A stretch of DNA of 64,000 nt from Torpedo marmorata (taxonomy: Eukaryota). A program made the translations under genes and the position numbers. The notes under the pieces are model-generated. The model was not told the DNA's origin, made no database searches, and saw only the letters and a program-made list of their open reading frames with translations. This document shows positions 50,813 to 64,000 of the stretch, piece after piece; within the stretch, counting starts at the first letter, position 1; every line of letters begins with the position of its first letter. Location: positions 18,414,001 to 18,478,000 of the forward strand of contig OZ360252.1 of the NCBI GenBank assembly GCA_977017645.1, written 5' to 3'.

Positions 50813-53800
50813 TGAAAATGATGGTATCGTGATATGCCACAGACACCTTTGCGGAATACCATTCAATGCAACAACACGGCTTACTCATGAAGTGGATGAT
50901 ACTATTTTAGGGAAGAAGCTCTTTCCGGGCATTTAAACCCGTTAAGCACAATTACACTCAATTAAGCAACAACCACATGCGTTTTGGAGTGTGAGACGAA
51001 ACCGGATCACCGGGGAAAACCCACACAAAGTACGGGGAGAACCTGCAAACTCCTACACACAGCTCCGGATGCGAATCCCGGTCGCGAAGCTAAACGTGCC
51101 AATTTGCAGATAATTTTCATCCATTTGATTGTTACGACAGGCCGGCTGAGCAGAAGAAAACATTCGGAAATGCCGGCCATCTCATTTTTTTGAAGAAAAC
51201 CACGTCTAATAATGGAGAAGTGTACACAACCACGTTGCACGTGTGATCACAGACAGAGATGCAAAGATAGTCTGATTATCATGGTCATCCTTCTATCACC
51301 TCTCCAGTTGCTTGAATAGAAGATAAGTTGCAGTTCATTGATGTTGAACAAGTATGATTTGTACAAGAGTGTGAGTGATTCCAACACCTTTCTTAAAATC
51401 TGTGGAAAGACGTGGATTGTTATTTCCAAGCAATTCTGAGTGTGCATGTTCAGACAAAATCCACCACGGTGGCAAAATACAGAATGTCTGAAACAGTGAG
51501 GACAGAATAAACCCGTGTATACTGTAACATCTGACAATGGACAAAGAGCTCAGTCAAAATAGGTGAATGCAGCAATATTATCCAAAATGAAATCGTGTCT
51601 GCAAGCAGTGTCTGTGTGGTCACAATAATACTCGGACCATGGCATCTTGAGGACGAATGAGGAGTTAATGAAATAAACAACACACCAACAAAAGTGTTCT
51701 TAGTGAATATTAATCAGGTAGGTATGAAAAATTATTTTAAAATTAATTTCTGAGTCTGCCTCAAGAGGACAGAGTCTCCAATCTCTCTATTACTACAACA
51801 TGTGTAGCATTATTGTAAACCTTAACTGTTCTATCTCACTCTTCTATAATTTGGAATTCCGAAAAGGCAAATGATGAATCGTGTGTCTTAAAGATTATTC
51901 TATTTAAATTTAACGTTATCTTCATGATTGGGTGATCTCTTTCTAAATTTATCCACTGTGCAAGGATTGAACATTATTCGGCATTCCCAAGGTGATTAGA
52001 TTTAATGAGTTAACCACTGAAGCTATAAATCGGCTTTTGTTTCCTTATAAATACTCTATGTGCTCAATTAATTACTATAACCTAGCTCCAGTTAATACTG
52101 ACATTGAATTATAGTGTTATGTTTTACATGAAATTAATACAACAATTCTGTTTCCGTTTAAGTATCATTGATGCAATGGAATTTGTGGTTAGAGGAGGTG
52201 TGGTATCACTTGAAATTTGTGTTCATAATTGCTGAATTGCTGTGGGAAAAAGCATCCAGAGATTTGATTGAGGCTACTGGCATAGTGTGGAGAAAATAAA
52301 ACCATTGCTATTCTGAAAATTGGAATAGAATCAGACTGGAAAGGGGGAAGATGAAGAGTGGAGCTGATTAAACTGGAGAAATGCGTATTATATTTGGAAG
52401 ATTATCGTTGACAATGGCTTAAAAACAGGCTGAGATATTTCCCAGAAATGTTTGTACCTTCTTACATTTCCCTTCTCAAAACTTCATGACTTCTCCTCTT
52501 TTCTTTCCAAATATTGTTCAGCTGCAGAACATACCCCTTTCATTCTCATTTCATTCCCTCTTTATTTGAGAGGCTATACCGTTCCAAGAAAATCAATATA
52601 ATCTGCGAATCATTCTTATTTATTTTCCTGACGGCTGATCACATGTTGTGTGATGCAACCGTGAATTCAGAACTTTCAGCTTCTAAACACAGCTCCCATA
52701 TTCAGAGAATGGTTCATCTATCCATTCCATAGCTGACACAATCTGTCCTTCTATGAACATTCCTTAACTTCTGTTCTCTGCTCCCGTTACCCTTTCATTT
52801 ACCTCAGCACGAGCTCGTATTCACTCACAGTGATCACATTTCTTGGCGGAGGCAGAACGTCAAAGGCAAAGCCTCAACACTTCTTACTCACCAAGTACTT
52901 CCTGGCCTGCTGTGTGTTTCCACCATTCCAGATGTACTTCATGTTAATTTGTTCTATTCGTACATTGGAATGATTTTCAGTTAAGTTCTATCCATCTCCC
53001 TTTGAATTGATTTTAAAGCAATTAACCAATTAGAGATTGGCGTTGACACAGTGACTAGGCAGGACACAGCCCTAATTTATTTGTGGAAAGTGATGGTCAA
53101 ACAGCTTCCAGTGAAATAATTGCATCTTCGGGACTTATCCAGGCATGTGGAAATGGTGCAGGTACAGTCGGGAAGCCTGTTAATCATGGTGGAGAGTAAA
53201 AAAATCAGAAAGAGAATGGATGTAATCTTGGCAACATGGTGTGGGCCACGTGCCATGACCAGAACTCAAAGATGGAGAAAGAGGAAATATAGACGGCATG
53301 CAAAAAGGAGCAGCACCTGTATGTGCCATGCATGTCTAACCACTGAACTCTTCATTCATTCTGGAGACAATTTGAATCCTGGAAGCCGGATACAGTTATC
53401 AGCAATGCAGGAAATTTTGCAATATTTTCTCCGAGTCAAAGAGAGTCATAGAGTCAGACTGCGTGGAAACAGGCACTTCAGGCCAACTTGAGTATGCCGA
53501 CCAAAACATACCTCCTGACCGCGCTTGGCCCGTGTCCCCATCCATATCACTCACTCAAAACGAGGAGGAAGAATGAAGAAAAAAGTGAGTTTGAGCACAT
53601 GCAAAATTCTAACCGGGGGTGACAGCGAGAGGGTGAGCCTGACAGAATTAAACAAAAATAATATCTGCAGATCCTGCAGTCAAGTGCAAGACATAAATGT
53701 GCAGGAGAAACTCGGCTGGTCACGCAGCATCTACAGCAATCCATCATCATTCTTGACCAAGCGCCCAGTGCGGAAAGGTTGGTTACACTTTGGTTCCTAT

Positions 53801-56074
53801 GGATGCTGGGTGACCTGCTGATCTTCTCGGCACGTTCCTATATTGAGACAGGGAGAATGTAAATAAAGTAAATGCATTGTGCAGGTTCGGAATAGCAATG
53901 CCGGTAAAATAAAAGGGGGGGGGGGTAGAGAAAGTCCACCATCTGGAAATTATTTATATTTTATCACAAATGGGAAGGATCACTGGCGCTGGAATTTATC
54001 CGTCCATCTTGAAAGAATGAGAATTTGCGAAAGTATTTGTGTTTATCCTGGGACTTGACATCTATTTTTATTCGCCACGCTGTATGGTAAAGCCAATAGG
54101 TAATGAATGGGCCATCGAGATATTCAGATGGATAAGCAAAGACGACAGAGTTTTGCTGTTTTCTTCTTTAAACCCCTTGAATCTGTAACAACGTGCGACG
54201 TTCAGAACTGTGAGATGTTGGAAAGAGGCTGAGTAGAACAGGGAGATGGGGATTCTTTGCTATTAAGTGTAATAGGTAAGGGCGGAAGGTAATACGGGGA
54301 AATGGGGTCACAGAATACCCAGAAAACCTGGAATACACTCTTTGCGATAGAACGATTAATCTTCGCCACTACGGTACCTTCGATGACTGTGTGCTTCTTG
54401 GACGCAGGTTTTCGGTCCGTTTCTCTGTTCAGACGCACTTGAGTCATTTGTTACTCAGGAGACGGAGAAGAAAAAAGATGACCCTGTTATCTCCATTAAT
54501 GGGCAGGTTGTTTCTCATTGGTTCATTCAAGCAGACTGCAATTCACGCCTGATTTCAGTCAAAGGTTATTGGTTATTTGTTGGAGTAAGACATGAGATAG
54601 AGGTAAGGCAGTTATCAAAGAATTAAGTTTCAGATGAACTGGAATGTCAGAAGTCTTGGAGAGACTGCTTCAGTGATCAGTGTTCTAGCCGTCACTATAA
54701 CTGACCACCGGGAGAATGCTGCGGTCCCTCTTGATACTGATGATAGTGCTCATCTGGAACTGTGAGTTTATTAAGAATATTGGTAGAATCCGGTTTATAT
54801 TTGCTATGATGATCATAATTATAATTTAGCTTCGTTTCAATCGACTATTGAATTACTGAACATTGAGGAGCAGAGGAAGCAAACGTTTTTTTTTGTCTCT
54901 GAATGTTTTCATTGTGGTGAAATTTCTTCAGTTTATTAACACTGTAAATATATCCTCCAGCGGAGAATATTTCACGCATCCAATTGTTGCTTTAAGTTGT
55001 CTTATACTTAGAGCACAAGGGCAGAAAGAATGAGAAGGTTAAGCTAATTCAAATTCCTGACACCTAGAATGGACAGTGAAATGTATTGCTTATTTTGCAG
55101 TCCATAGTAACACTTACTGTTGTGTTTGTTATTATACGCGTGTTCAGTTCAGTCGGCGACAGTATAAATATTTGGATTACTTTACATTATTGGTGATATT
55201 GTAGTTTCCCGTCAATATTTCTGGGAAGAGTAGAATTTTGCAGAGGTGACGCTGATATATTCCGTCGTTTCAAATCACATTAACCCCGCGGCTCTTGTGA
55301 GCTCATCTTTGAATAAGATTAGCCTTGGGTCATAAGAAATAGAGGGGCAGTCATTGCTGGGAAAGAGTATATTCAGAGGTCGGAGTGTGTAAACTCAGCG
55401 TGTGAGAAGAAATCCGAACCTGCAGCTGCTGCTGACTGAATCGGCGAAAACATTCCTGACGCTGATGATTATCGGTCACATCTGTTTCTACACACCCTGC
55501 GATGCAGTGAAATGAAGGAGTTCAAAAACTGTATTTACTATCATGTTATTGGGAAGGATTTATATATTTCATCATTAAATGTGAGCCTGATTGAGAATGA
55601 AAACTTAACATTCACATTAATTCGTTATTAATCTTAAACACACATATGGGAGGATGGTGGAACTGAAATTTCCAAAGAATGGCGGAGTTTAATTTGTCAT
55701 CATTTTCCTCAAACGTGTGACATTATGATTCAAATTAAATGTTCAGTGTCCCTTTATTGTGCCCGGAGAAAGCGACAATTTTTAAAAATCTATATGCACT
55801 TTCCCGTGTTTGTGCGGAAAAGAGTTGTTTTGAAGCTTTGCTCCAAATGTCTTTCCACGTGCTGCATTCAGGTGGAAGGTTTTCTGTCAATTTAGTGATA
55901 AATGGTGGCTGGATACTTTGTGTCTTTCATAAACTTCACCTGAAACGCAAAACGTTGGATAGACATTTGAGTGAAACCCTCGTCAGGACAGCGGCAACTG
56001 AGGACGGAGAAACAGAGTGAATATTAAACAGAATGGGCAGCATTTGTGTTAATAAAAACAGAACGAAAGATAAC

Positions 56075-56838
56075 TCAAGATTCCTTTATGCCATGTTATA
56101 AAACCGTGCAATATTACATGCAATTTGCTTTAGACTGCCTCTTACAGACAGAGAAAGAGAAGCAAAAGTGTCTCCCCAGATCACCGAGTGTCCGTGGATT
56201 CTCTTCCAGCGCTCCCGCAGCCACACAGAGTCCAGTCCAAACCATCCGCAGCCCGAGCTCCAGATCGGAACGTCCGACCGATCAGGAAACCTTCAGCGGC
56301 CTCGTCACCCTCTCGCATACCGTTTCCGATACCTGGTACCCCTTCAGCCAGTCTCGAGCCAGTCTGCAGCAGTCCGCAGCCTGGTGTGAATCCCTCGACC
56401 GCAGTCACCAGCTGCCCGCAGCCTGCATATGTCCCTCGCCGCGAGTCATCAACAGCCCGCCGTCTGTGTGTTCTTCAGCTTCAGATCTCCTCACTGGTTT
56501 GCCGCCGTGGTCACCGTCCCGTGGGTGGTCTCCTCTACTTCATCTTCTCAAACGTGGGTTGGTCTCCCCCTTTTCTGGTGTCCGCTTCCCTGGAGACTGA
56601 AACCCCTCGTGGCTGCTGCCGATCACAGGCGCCGTCATCTTGGGCCAGACCCCGCGGTCGCGGGATGTTCAAATAAAACCACCGTCGGCTCCATTTACAG
56701 GACGTTTAAAGCTTGTACAGAGCGGAATAGTCAGACTGGGCGCTTGGACCCCACAGGGAACGCTGTATCCCCGCTACCGCTCTCCGCGGCTCCGCACCAG
56801 CGGCAGCGCTGCCGTTACAGCAGCTCTGGCAGCGCCAC
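56075..56838 (-). mobile_element. GC-rich retroelement, duplication mirror of 13983-14729
   Basis: Same flanks as the left-arm copy. Confidence 0.85.
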
Positions 56839-59488
56839 TAATTTTTTCGTGTCTCTTTCCTCAAGTGCTGCCTAATTCGTTGCGTTTTTAGATCTTGTGT
56901 TTCTCTTTTTTGAAGATTTCTATCATAGAACATAGATCATAGAAATCTACAGCACAGTACAAGCACTTCAACTCACAGTGCTGTGCCGACTTAATAACCT
57001 AATGTAATAGCTGCGGAGAATGTTCCGACTGCATCACCCTTCATTTTTCACCGTTCCATGGACCTATCTAATAGATTCCTAAAATATCTTATTGAACGTC
57101 CCTCCCGCACTTTTGCCGATTTCGCATTCAATGCACCCAGAAGTTTCTGCGTGACAAAACCTACATCATGAATCCCCCCTGGACTTATCCCAAGCTTTAA
57201 TTTGTGCCCTCTCTTATTGGCCAATTCACCCCTGCGAATATGTCTGTGACCATCCACACGGTCAATGTCTCTCATCATCTTATCAATTGGTATCTAAGAT
57301 GAAGGAATACATGAGACCTTGTTTCTTAATCTCCGTCCCCTTCCTTAACATGAATATTGAGTGCGCTTCTCGGTCGATGGCACAGTTTCTCAAAGTGGGC
57401 AGTAAATATCTAAATATATATGTTAATCCCCGTCAAGAGCAAATGCTCACCGTCTGAAAGGGTAGGATTCTGCCATTTCCTGCTGCATGCTCGTTTGTCC
57501 AAACACGATTTGCCGTTTCCCAAAGTTTTCCGTAATATGTTCGGCCGCATTTGATGACTTACCAGGAGCTTCTTCACTTTATTTCCACTGGCTCCGTGCC
57601 CAGTGTTTAGCACTGGGGACAATTCTCAGCTGTTCTCTGGCTTGTCAATCGCTGTCAATCGCAAAGATTTTGCTGTCAAGATGACGGGTCAGTCTGATGC
57701 GTAAAGTGTTTGACTCTGTTTATGTCCGTGTATATTTCTTCCTCTGGATGCTAAAAGCGGTTAGATCGTAAAACCGTGTTTTCATAGCTATTTAATGAAA
57801 ATAGCTTTGCAAATGCGAAAACAGTAACACAATCATATCTTCGTGAACAATTTACAAATTGAGGCCCAGACTAACATTCCCATGCAAATTGAAATTATAT
57901 TATTTTTGTAAGTTTACATCATTTGAATTGAATGTAGATCTCGTTTGTGCAATTTGCCATTATATCATGCGGCTCCTTAAATGACGGATTTACTCCGTGA
58001 TATTTCTTAATGAAAACATCAGTGACTAAAACCGAGTGCAGGGGAATGACGTGGAGAGTCGTGGAACCAAAGCGCATGGAAAGAGGACCGTCGTCCCACC
58101 GAATCCGCTCCCAGCAGCAGTCACACATATTCACGATTAATTCCAATATCATACAGGTCAACTGTTTCTGCCGCACACTCACTCAGGAAGGACAATTTAC
58201 ATTGGCCAATTATCCTGGAATCACGCTCGTCCTTGTGATGTGAGGGGGAACCAGCGCTGTCAAAGAGAGCACGTGCAAACTCCGGACAGCAGCAACTGAC
58301 CACAGGATTACACCTGGGTCTCTTGTCCTGTGAGGCTGCAGCTCTCTGTGACGAACATTCCTCTTACATTAAACCTCCATTCAATTATATTAGTGCTGCC
58401 CCGGTAAAGCTATCGGAGAAAATGTAATACACAACAGTGCTGGAGGAACTCAGCAGATCACGCAGCATCCACGGCAAGCGAAGGTTAACCACTGTGTAGG
58501 GCCTGAGACCTCAGTTAAGCTATGGTGACCCTGGTCCAATGCTAACCTCCGGAGCGGTCTGCGCGAACCTCGAAAGTTATACCGCCATTCCCGTGGGTTT
58601 CTCCGGGTACCGTGGATTCCTCCCACATCCAATAGTTTACGCGTCGGTAGGTTAATTGGCTGCCATAAATGACTGATTAGTGAATCACGAAAAGTATCAA
58701 GGGGGAGTTGATGCGTGACGATTTGTTTAATGAAGGGATATAACGTGAGGCAAAATAAATGGTTTTATAAAACAAAATCTCCGTAAAATAAAAGAAATCT
58801 TCATGCTCTGCCTGGACGCAAAGGGGCTGATGGGTTTAATTTTAATCGCTACAAGCAAAGAAATGGAATATTATACAGTTAAACAATCGCAGCGGTGGAA
58901 TAATATTGATTTAACTTGCTTGAAATATTTGAAGAACCGTGAGGCACGCCTGACAAAATATATACTCTAATGTCGGGGTGGGCTTGACCTGTAAATATCA
59001 TTCTGGAGCGAGATATGACTCTAAAATAAAGAGTGTGTTGCTCACTCATTTTATAGTTCACTCGCTCTGAGCTAATATAATCAGTATACATGACAGGAGG
59101 AAAAAGGTGAACAAAGGCCTTTAAGTTGCAAAATAAAATTAAAATTTCCCACTTAATCAAATAAAAGAAAATGACAATTCGCGAGTGAGCACCTATTACC
59201 TGAGCAAAGTCTGAAAGAGTACTCAGGAGTGCGAGCAAATTATGCCCTACTGTTGCCGGATAACCCGGGGCAGAAATAAACCAATGTGTGAACGTTGGAA
59301 TATTAATTTAGAGATACAACACGGTAACAGGCCCTTCCTACCCACGAGCCCGCGCTGCAGAAATACACCCATTTGACCAAATGCTTGAATATTATTCACG
59401 GATTCAGCACAAGCAAAGTTATAAATACAATTTAACGTCACAGTTTCCACATTGAGATAATCCGACGTGGAAAAATAATCAGGAGTTA

Positions 59489-61410
59489 ATTTTTATTTTT
59501 ATTTATATTTTTAAAAAATTATATTTTATTTTAAATTATAAGTCACGAAGTACATAAATTAAAATATAAAATTATCAAAATACATGTGATACATTTTCAC
59601 CCCCCTCCCTCCCTTCTTTCCCTAACACTCCCACCCCACTGTCTCACACCGACTCACCGATGAGGTGCAGCTGAGTCGCACAGTACACTGTACGGCCCAG
59701 CCGACATCCACGCCGAAAGCAAGGGGAGCCCATACTAATCTACTAAAATAATAAAAAAAGAAAGGAAAAGATAAAGTACAGAGAATGTCAATCTAAAAAG
59801 TACATCTATAAACTGATTTTATTGTGGAGGAGAGGTTCGCCAGTCAGATCCGATGTCTAGAGATTCAAATCCTTAAACCAACAGCTTTTATATGTGGGCT
59901 CCATATTTTCAAAAATAAATGGTATTTATTACGTAAATTATAGGTATTTTTATCAAGTGGTATACATGAACGAAGTTCTGCATGCATCTCTCTTACCCAA
60001 ATTCTACATCAGATTTCCAAGTAATAGCAATGCATTTGTAAGAAACAGCTAAAGAAATTCGCAAAAATTCTATTTGATACATATTTAATTTCATATTAAT
60101 ACTAATTATTTTAATATCTCCAAACAAAAATATCATAGGGTCCAATGGAAGTGTAATATTCAATATTTTATCTAAAAAGTTTTTACGTTCAACCAAAACT
60201 CATATATCTTTGGACAAAACCATGTAGAATGTACAAAAGAACCTTCCTCTCTATTACATCTAAAACATAAACCTGATAATGTCGAATTAAATTTCTTTAA
60301 TTTTTTAGGCGTTAAATATAATTGATGAAAAAATTTATAATGAACTAATCTATATCTCACGTTAATAATCTTCGTCATACTTAATTTACATAATTCTTTC
60401 CAATGTTCTTCATCTATTGTTACATTCAAATCTGATTCCCATTTTAATCTTGATTTAGTAATTCCTACTTTAGGGATTTTTCTCTGAAACAATCTATACA
60501 TTTGAGAAATAAAATTATTTACGCCTCCATTAGTAACTAATAATTCTAGTTCACTCTGTCTTGGTAGAATCAAACTATAACCCAACTTCCCAACTAAAAA
60601 TGCTCTAATTTGATAATAAACAAAAAGTGTATTATTCGATACATTAAACATCTTTCATTCTTTGAAAAGTAATTAATTTACTCGCTTCAAAACAATCATT
60701 TATTTTCTTAATTCCCTTTTGGAACCAAATTTTAAATAATTGATTATCAACAGTAAATGGAATAAGTTTATTTTGATATAGAGGCATTTTTAGAGAAATT
60801 GAGCCTTTCCCTCCTATCTCACTATTCACCCTATTCCATATTTCTAACAAATGTTTAAAAATAGGAGAATACTTCCCTTTTATTAGAAGTAATTTAGAAT
60901 TTAATTTATAAATAACTTCTTCTTTCAAATCTTCTCATATATTATTTAATTCTATTCTAATCCAAGCAGAAGACTTAACTAAATCAAACATTCCAATAAC
61001 ATATTTTAATTGAGCTGCTTTACAGTAATTTTGAAAATTATGAAGTTGTAAACCACCTATTTCACAGTTCCAAGTTAATTTCTCTATACTTAATCTTGCC
61101 AACTTTCCTTTCCACAAAAAAAATTCCTAATAATTAAATTTAAATCCTTAAAGAATTTCAAAGGAATTTCGTGAGGAATTGACTGGAAACGATATTGAAT
61201 TCTTGGAAAGATATTCATTTTAATACAGTTTACCCTTCCTATTAAAGTTATAGGTATATCCTTCCAAATTTCTAATTTTTTTTAAATTTTCGTAAATAAT
61301 GGTAGATAATTTAATTTATATAAATTAGCTAATTTTGTATCAATATTTATTCAAAGATATTTAATTCCTTCCTTTGATCATTTGAATCGTGTAATTTTTT
61401 TACATTTACT
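59489..61410 (-). mobile_element. 5'-truncated L1/Tx1 LINE, right-arm specific; same family as 5323-7458
   Basis: ORF fragments 59993-61117 are closely similar to 5704-7199. TSD aaataatcaggagtta at 59473-59488 and 61411-61426; empty site at ~11335. Confidence 0.93.
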
Positions 61411-62999
61411 AAATAATCAGGAGTTAGTTTTGTCGATGGTACTGTTGAGCAAAGAAGTTTTCTTTGGAAAAAGTGACGAAGACTTACAAGTGCAGGGCAG
61501 TGGAAACTGAAAATATGAACTTTGACAAGGTCCTGCATTGCAGTTTCGTCCGGAAGGCTAGATTTCGTGGGATCAGAGGAGTTGGACCTTTGGATTCAAG
61601 ATTGGTTTGGAGGAATGGGACAGTCGAGATTGGTGTTCGGAAGTAGTTTTGATTGGAGGGCCGCGGCTGGAGAAGTTAGACAGGCATCGGTGCTGTGTCC
61701 ACGTTCAAAAGTTGTGTCCACATGATTCAGCTGCACAAGATGTTTGTAAGATTTGAGAATTCTGTTCGTTTATTTGCAGGAAGGACATGAAAATGTTGGA
61801 AGTGGTGCAAAGGAGGGTCGCGAGGAAGATGGCGGGACAAGAGGGAAAGAGGCAGAGTAAGAGGGCAAATACGCTGTGGCATTGTTTCACAGAGCATATG
61901 AGGCTTGATGTGACCTGACCGATGTTCATACGTTCATGACGAGCATGAAAAAAGTGAATGCTCACAGTCTTTTTATCCCTGGATAGACGAATCTACAACT
62001 GGAGGGAGAGGATCAGTCTGATATTTAAAGGGGACCCGAGGGGTAACTCTTTTCACTCGGAAGAAGGTCCTTATCTGCAATGACGTGCCCGGCCTGAATA
62101 GTCTGCAGAAGCGGGCAACGTTTACACATGAAAAAGACAATTGGACAGATATATGCACGGGAACGGCTTAATAATTGCCAGCAAAAGTCACCAACCAAGA
62201 TTGCCAACTTGTTCCACATCGGTGTGTTGAGCTGAACGACCTGTACCTCTCCATGAAATAATCTTGCTCATTATCCCGGAGATTTCAACAGCAGGAAGCT
62301 GACAAATTAACATGAACGTGTGTGGCATATGGAACTTTGCCTGTGCAATTTCAAATTCAAATGAGAATCGCAGCTCGAGACAGAATGAGCGCCACAATCA
62401 TGAGCAGTGTAGGGGGCAAAGAGAACGTTATTCTCCATGGATTGCATCAGTCACTTTCCACTGGAATAAATAGAATGACATTACAAGAGATTTCCAGATC
62501 AACGGGGAAAGGCGATGAAGATGCCCTCATCTGATCGACCACGAAATGGGCTGGTATTGTCTCCACGGGTCGAAAACCCGCAAACGCAGCAAATTGTCCC
62601 ATGACGGTGGCAGCAGCAGATTCATTATCAGCAATCGTCGTGTCTCCTGGAGATAGAATACTAATCAGTCGTGACATTCAGCTCACGGGGAAAAATCCTA
62701 CCCTAATGTCAGCAGATCTGAAATCTATTTTCGTTCTTAATGAAGGCACAATGCGAATTAATAGTTGCCGAGGATTGATCGCAGTTTCATTAATAAAGAA
62801 AAACAGGTGTGAATCTTATATTTTTTGCTGTAACAAATTCTCCGTCGATGTGTTCAAACAGACCCCTCAGTTTGCTATCGATTCTTTTTCCTTTAAGTTT
62901 ATTAATTTGTTGTCCGGCCTCCCCATGAAACCCTCCCTCACACATCCGAATCCCACAAGCCGCCTAGAGCCAAATCTAATTCTGAATTTCTCATTCCAG

Positions 63000-63032
63000 A
63001 CCGCCTCAGGAATTGTCTGGCTGACCGATCAG
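63000..63032 (+). CDS. 33-bp leader-type mini-exon of the right SRCR gene
   Basis: ttctcattccag|ACCGCCTC...GATCAG|gtaatg; reads xRLRNCLADRS. Confidence 0.7.
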
Positions 63033-63651
63033 GTAATGGCATTTAATTATCACTGTGTTTAGTGTGGGGCTGTTGAGACTGGTTGTTACTAAAGATTTGC
63101 AGCTGAGGGATGACCGCTAAATTCACGTGGGCGACAATCAAACAGGTTTCTGAACGGCGCGGTGTCGTGCACTGACCACGTTGACATTGTTCTGGGGTGC
63201 AAATGTGCTCCCACAGTTTACCCCACCTTTGTCGTGCTGAAGACCCACTCCGACGCTTTCTCCTTTGATGTTCAGTTCCCAGAAGAAGTTCATACCACCA
63301 CCACGTGTTGGGTCCACTACATGGCGATGGGAACTCACTACAACCGGCCTCCGACAAGACTCTCCCATCAGCCGCTCTCTGGAGAGTGTAAACGGGCACG
63401 CCCCTCTCGTCCTGGGAGCGGCCTTGTTCCCTGGAAGCACCGGGTGCCTCCCGGTACTTTGGACGTTTACCAAATGACTGCATGTATTCGCCACTTAAGG
63501 CAGTTTATTCGGGGTATACCACAGACTGGCCCTTCGGTTGAAGATGTGTGGACGTTGAATGGGTGAACGGCGGTGAGCTGGGAGCGCGGTGCGCCGAGAC
63601 GCGGAACGAGCCGCTGGCGATCCCGGTGCTGATGTTTCTGTTTTGTTTCAG

Positions 63652-63966
63652 AGAGCGTCGTGTTGAGGCTGGTGAATGGGGGCAGTCCGTGCGCAGGGAG
63701 AGTGGAGGTTTACCACCTGGGAGTCTGGGGAATTGTGGATTCTTACGGCTGGGACCTAGACGATGCGGCTGTGGTGTGTCGGGAGACGGGCTGCGGCGCC
63801 GCGCTGCAAGCCCCGGGCAATTCTCACTTTGGACCGGGGACCGGACCCGACATGACGTGGAGTGTTAAGTGCACCGGGAATGAGACCGCTCTGCGGGACT
63901 GTCCATCGGAACCATGGGATTTTTATAGATCTTACCACGTCTCCGCTGCCGGCGTTATCTGCTCAG
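63652..63966 (+). CDS. SRCR-domain exon (6 Cys) of the right gene; gene continues beyond the window
   Basis: 315 bp, open frame, intact splice sites. Translates as ESVVLRLVNGGSPCAGRVEVYHLGVWGIVDSYGWDLDD...GPDMTWSVKCTGNETALRDCPSEPWDFYRSYHVSAAGVICS. Confidence 0.93.
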
Positions 63967-64000
63967 GTAATGATCCGCCTTTTCTTACTTCGGTCCCACC

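Larger units (their letters stand above)
51297..64000. repeat. Right arm of the inverted segmental duplication (continues past the window end)
   Basis: Reverse complement of 8828-19871, plus an arm-specific L1. Confidence 0.97.

Noticed and set aside
62751-62806. MRINSCRGLIAVSLIKKN as first coding exon; other candidates at ~54255, ~55440 and ~59014
   Set aside because: Wrong phase for the 33-bp exon, in-frame stops or no suitable ATG/donor.
51297-64000. Right arm as a mis-assembled haplotype
   Set aside because: Frequent substitutions, indels and arm-specific L1 insertions indicate real paralogy, though read-level confirmation is still desirable.
1-64000. CRISPR array, prokaryotic operon, rRNA or tRNA genes
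   Set aside because: No regularly spaced repeats; recurring motifs are dispersed TE ends, and tRNA-like pieces are decayed SINE heads.

Overview
Vertebrate genomic DNA, most likely from a cartilaginous fish (ray/shark-type CR1, L1/Tx1, Rex1-Babar, Penelope, Tc1 and tRNA-SINE repeats, plus a GPR139-like receptor); the taxon is an inference. The dominant structure is a large inverted segmental duplication: 8828-19871 matches 51297-64000 and runs off the right end. It places the 5' ends of two paralogous group-B SRCR (CD163/WC1/DMBT1-like) receptor genes back to back, one on each strand. Each arm carries a 33-bp leader-type mini-exon and a 315-bp SRCR exon. Those two SRCR exons differ at 19 amino acids but only 3 silent sites. 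The changes concentrate in loops around a C2-C7 disulfide that both copies have lost, which suggests a diversifying immune receptor family. The ~31 kb spacer holds pseudogenised transmembrane/cytoplasmic exons of further family members (YEAIYED and DYD motifs), a two-exon GPR139-like GPCR with a damaged DRF motif and an early stop, older local duplications, and dense nested transposons. These include Penelope elements with minimal hammerhead-like cores and an ~800-bp GC-rich non-autonomous retroelement family. All coordinates and alignments were read by eye, so boundaries of old repeats are approximate.
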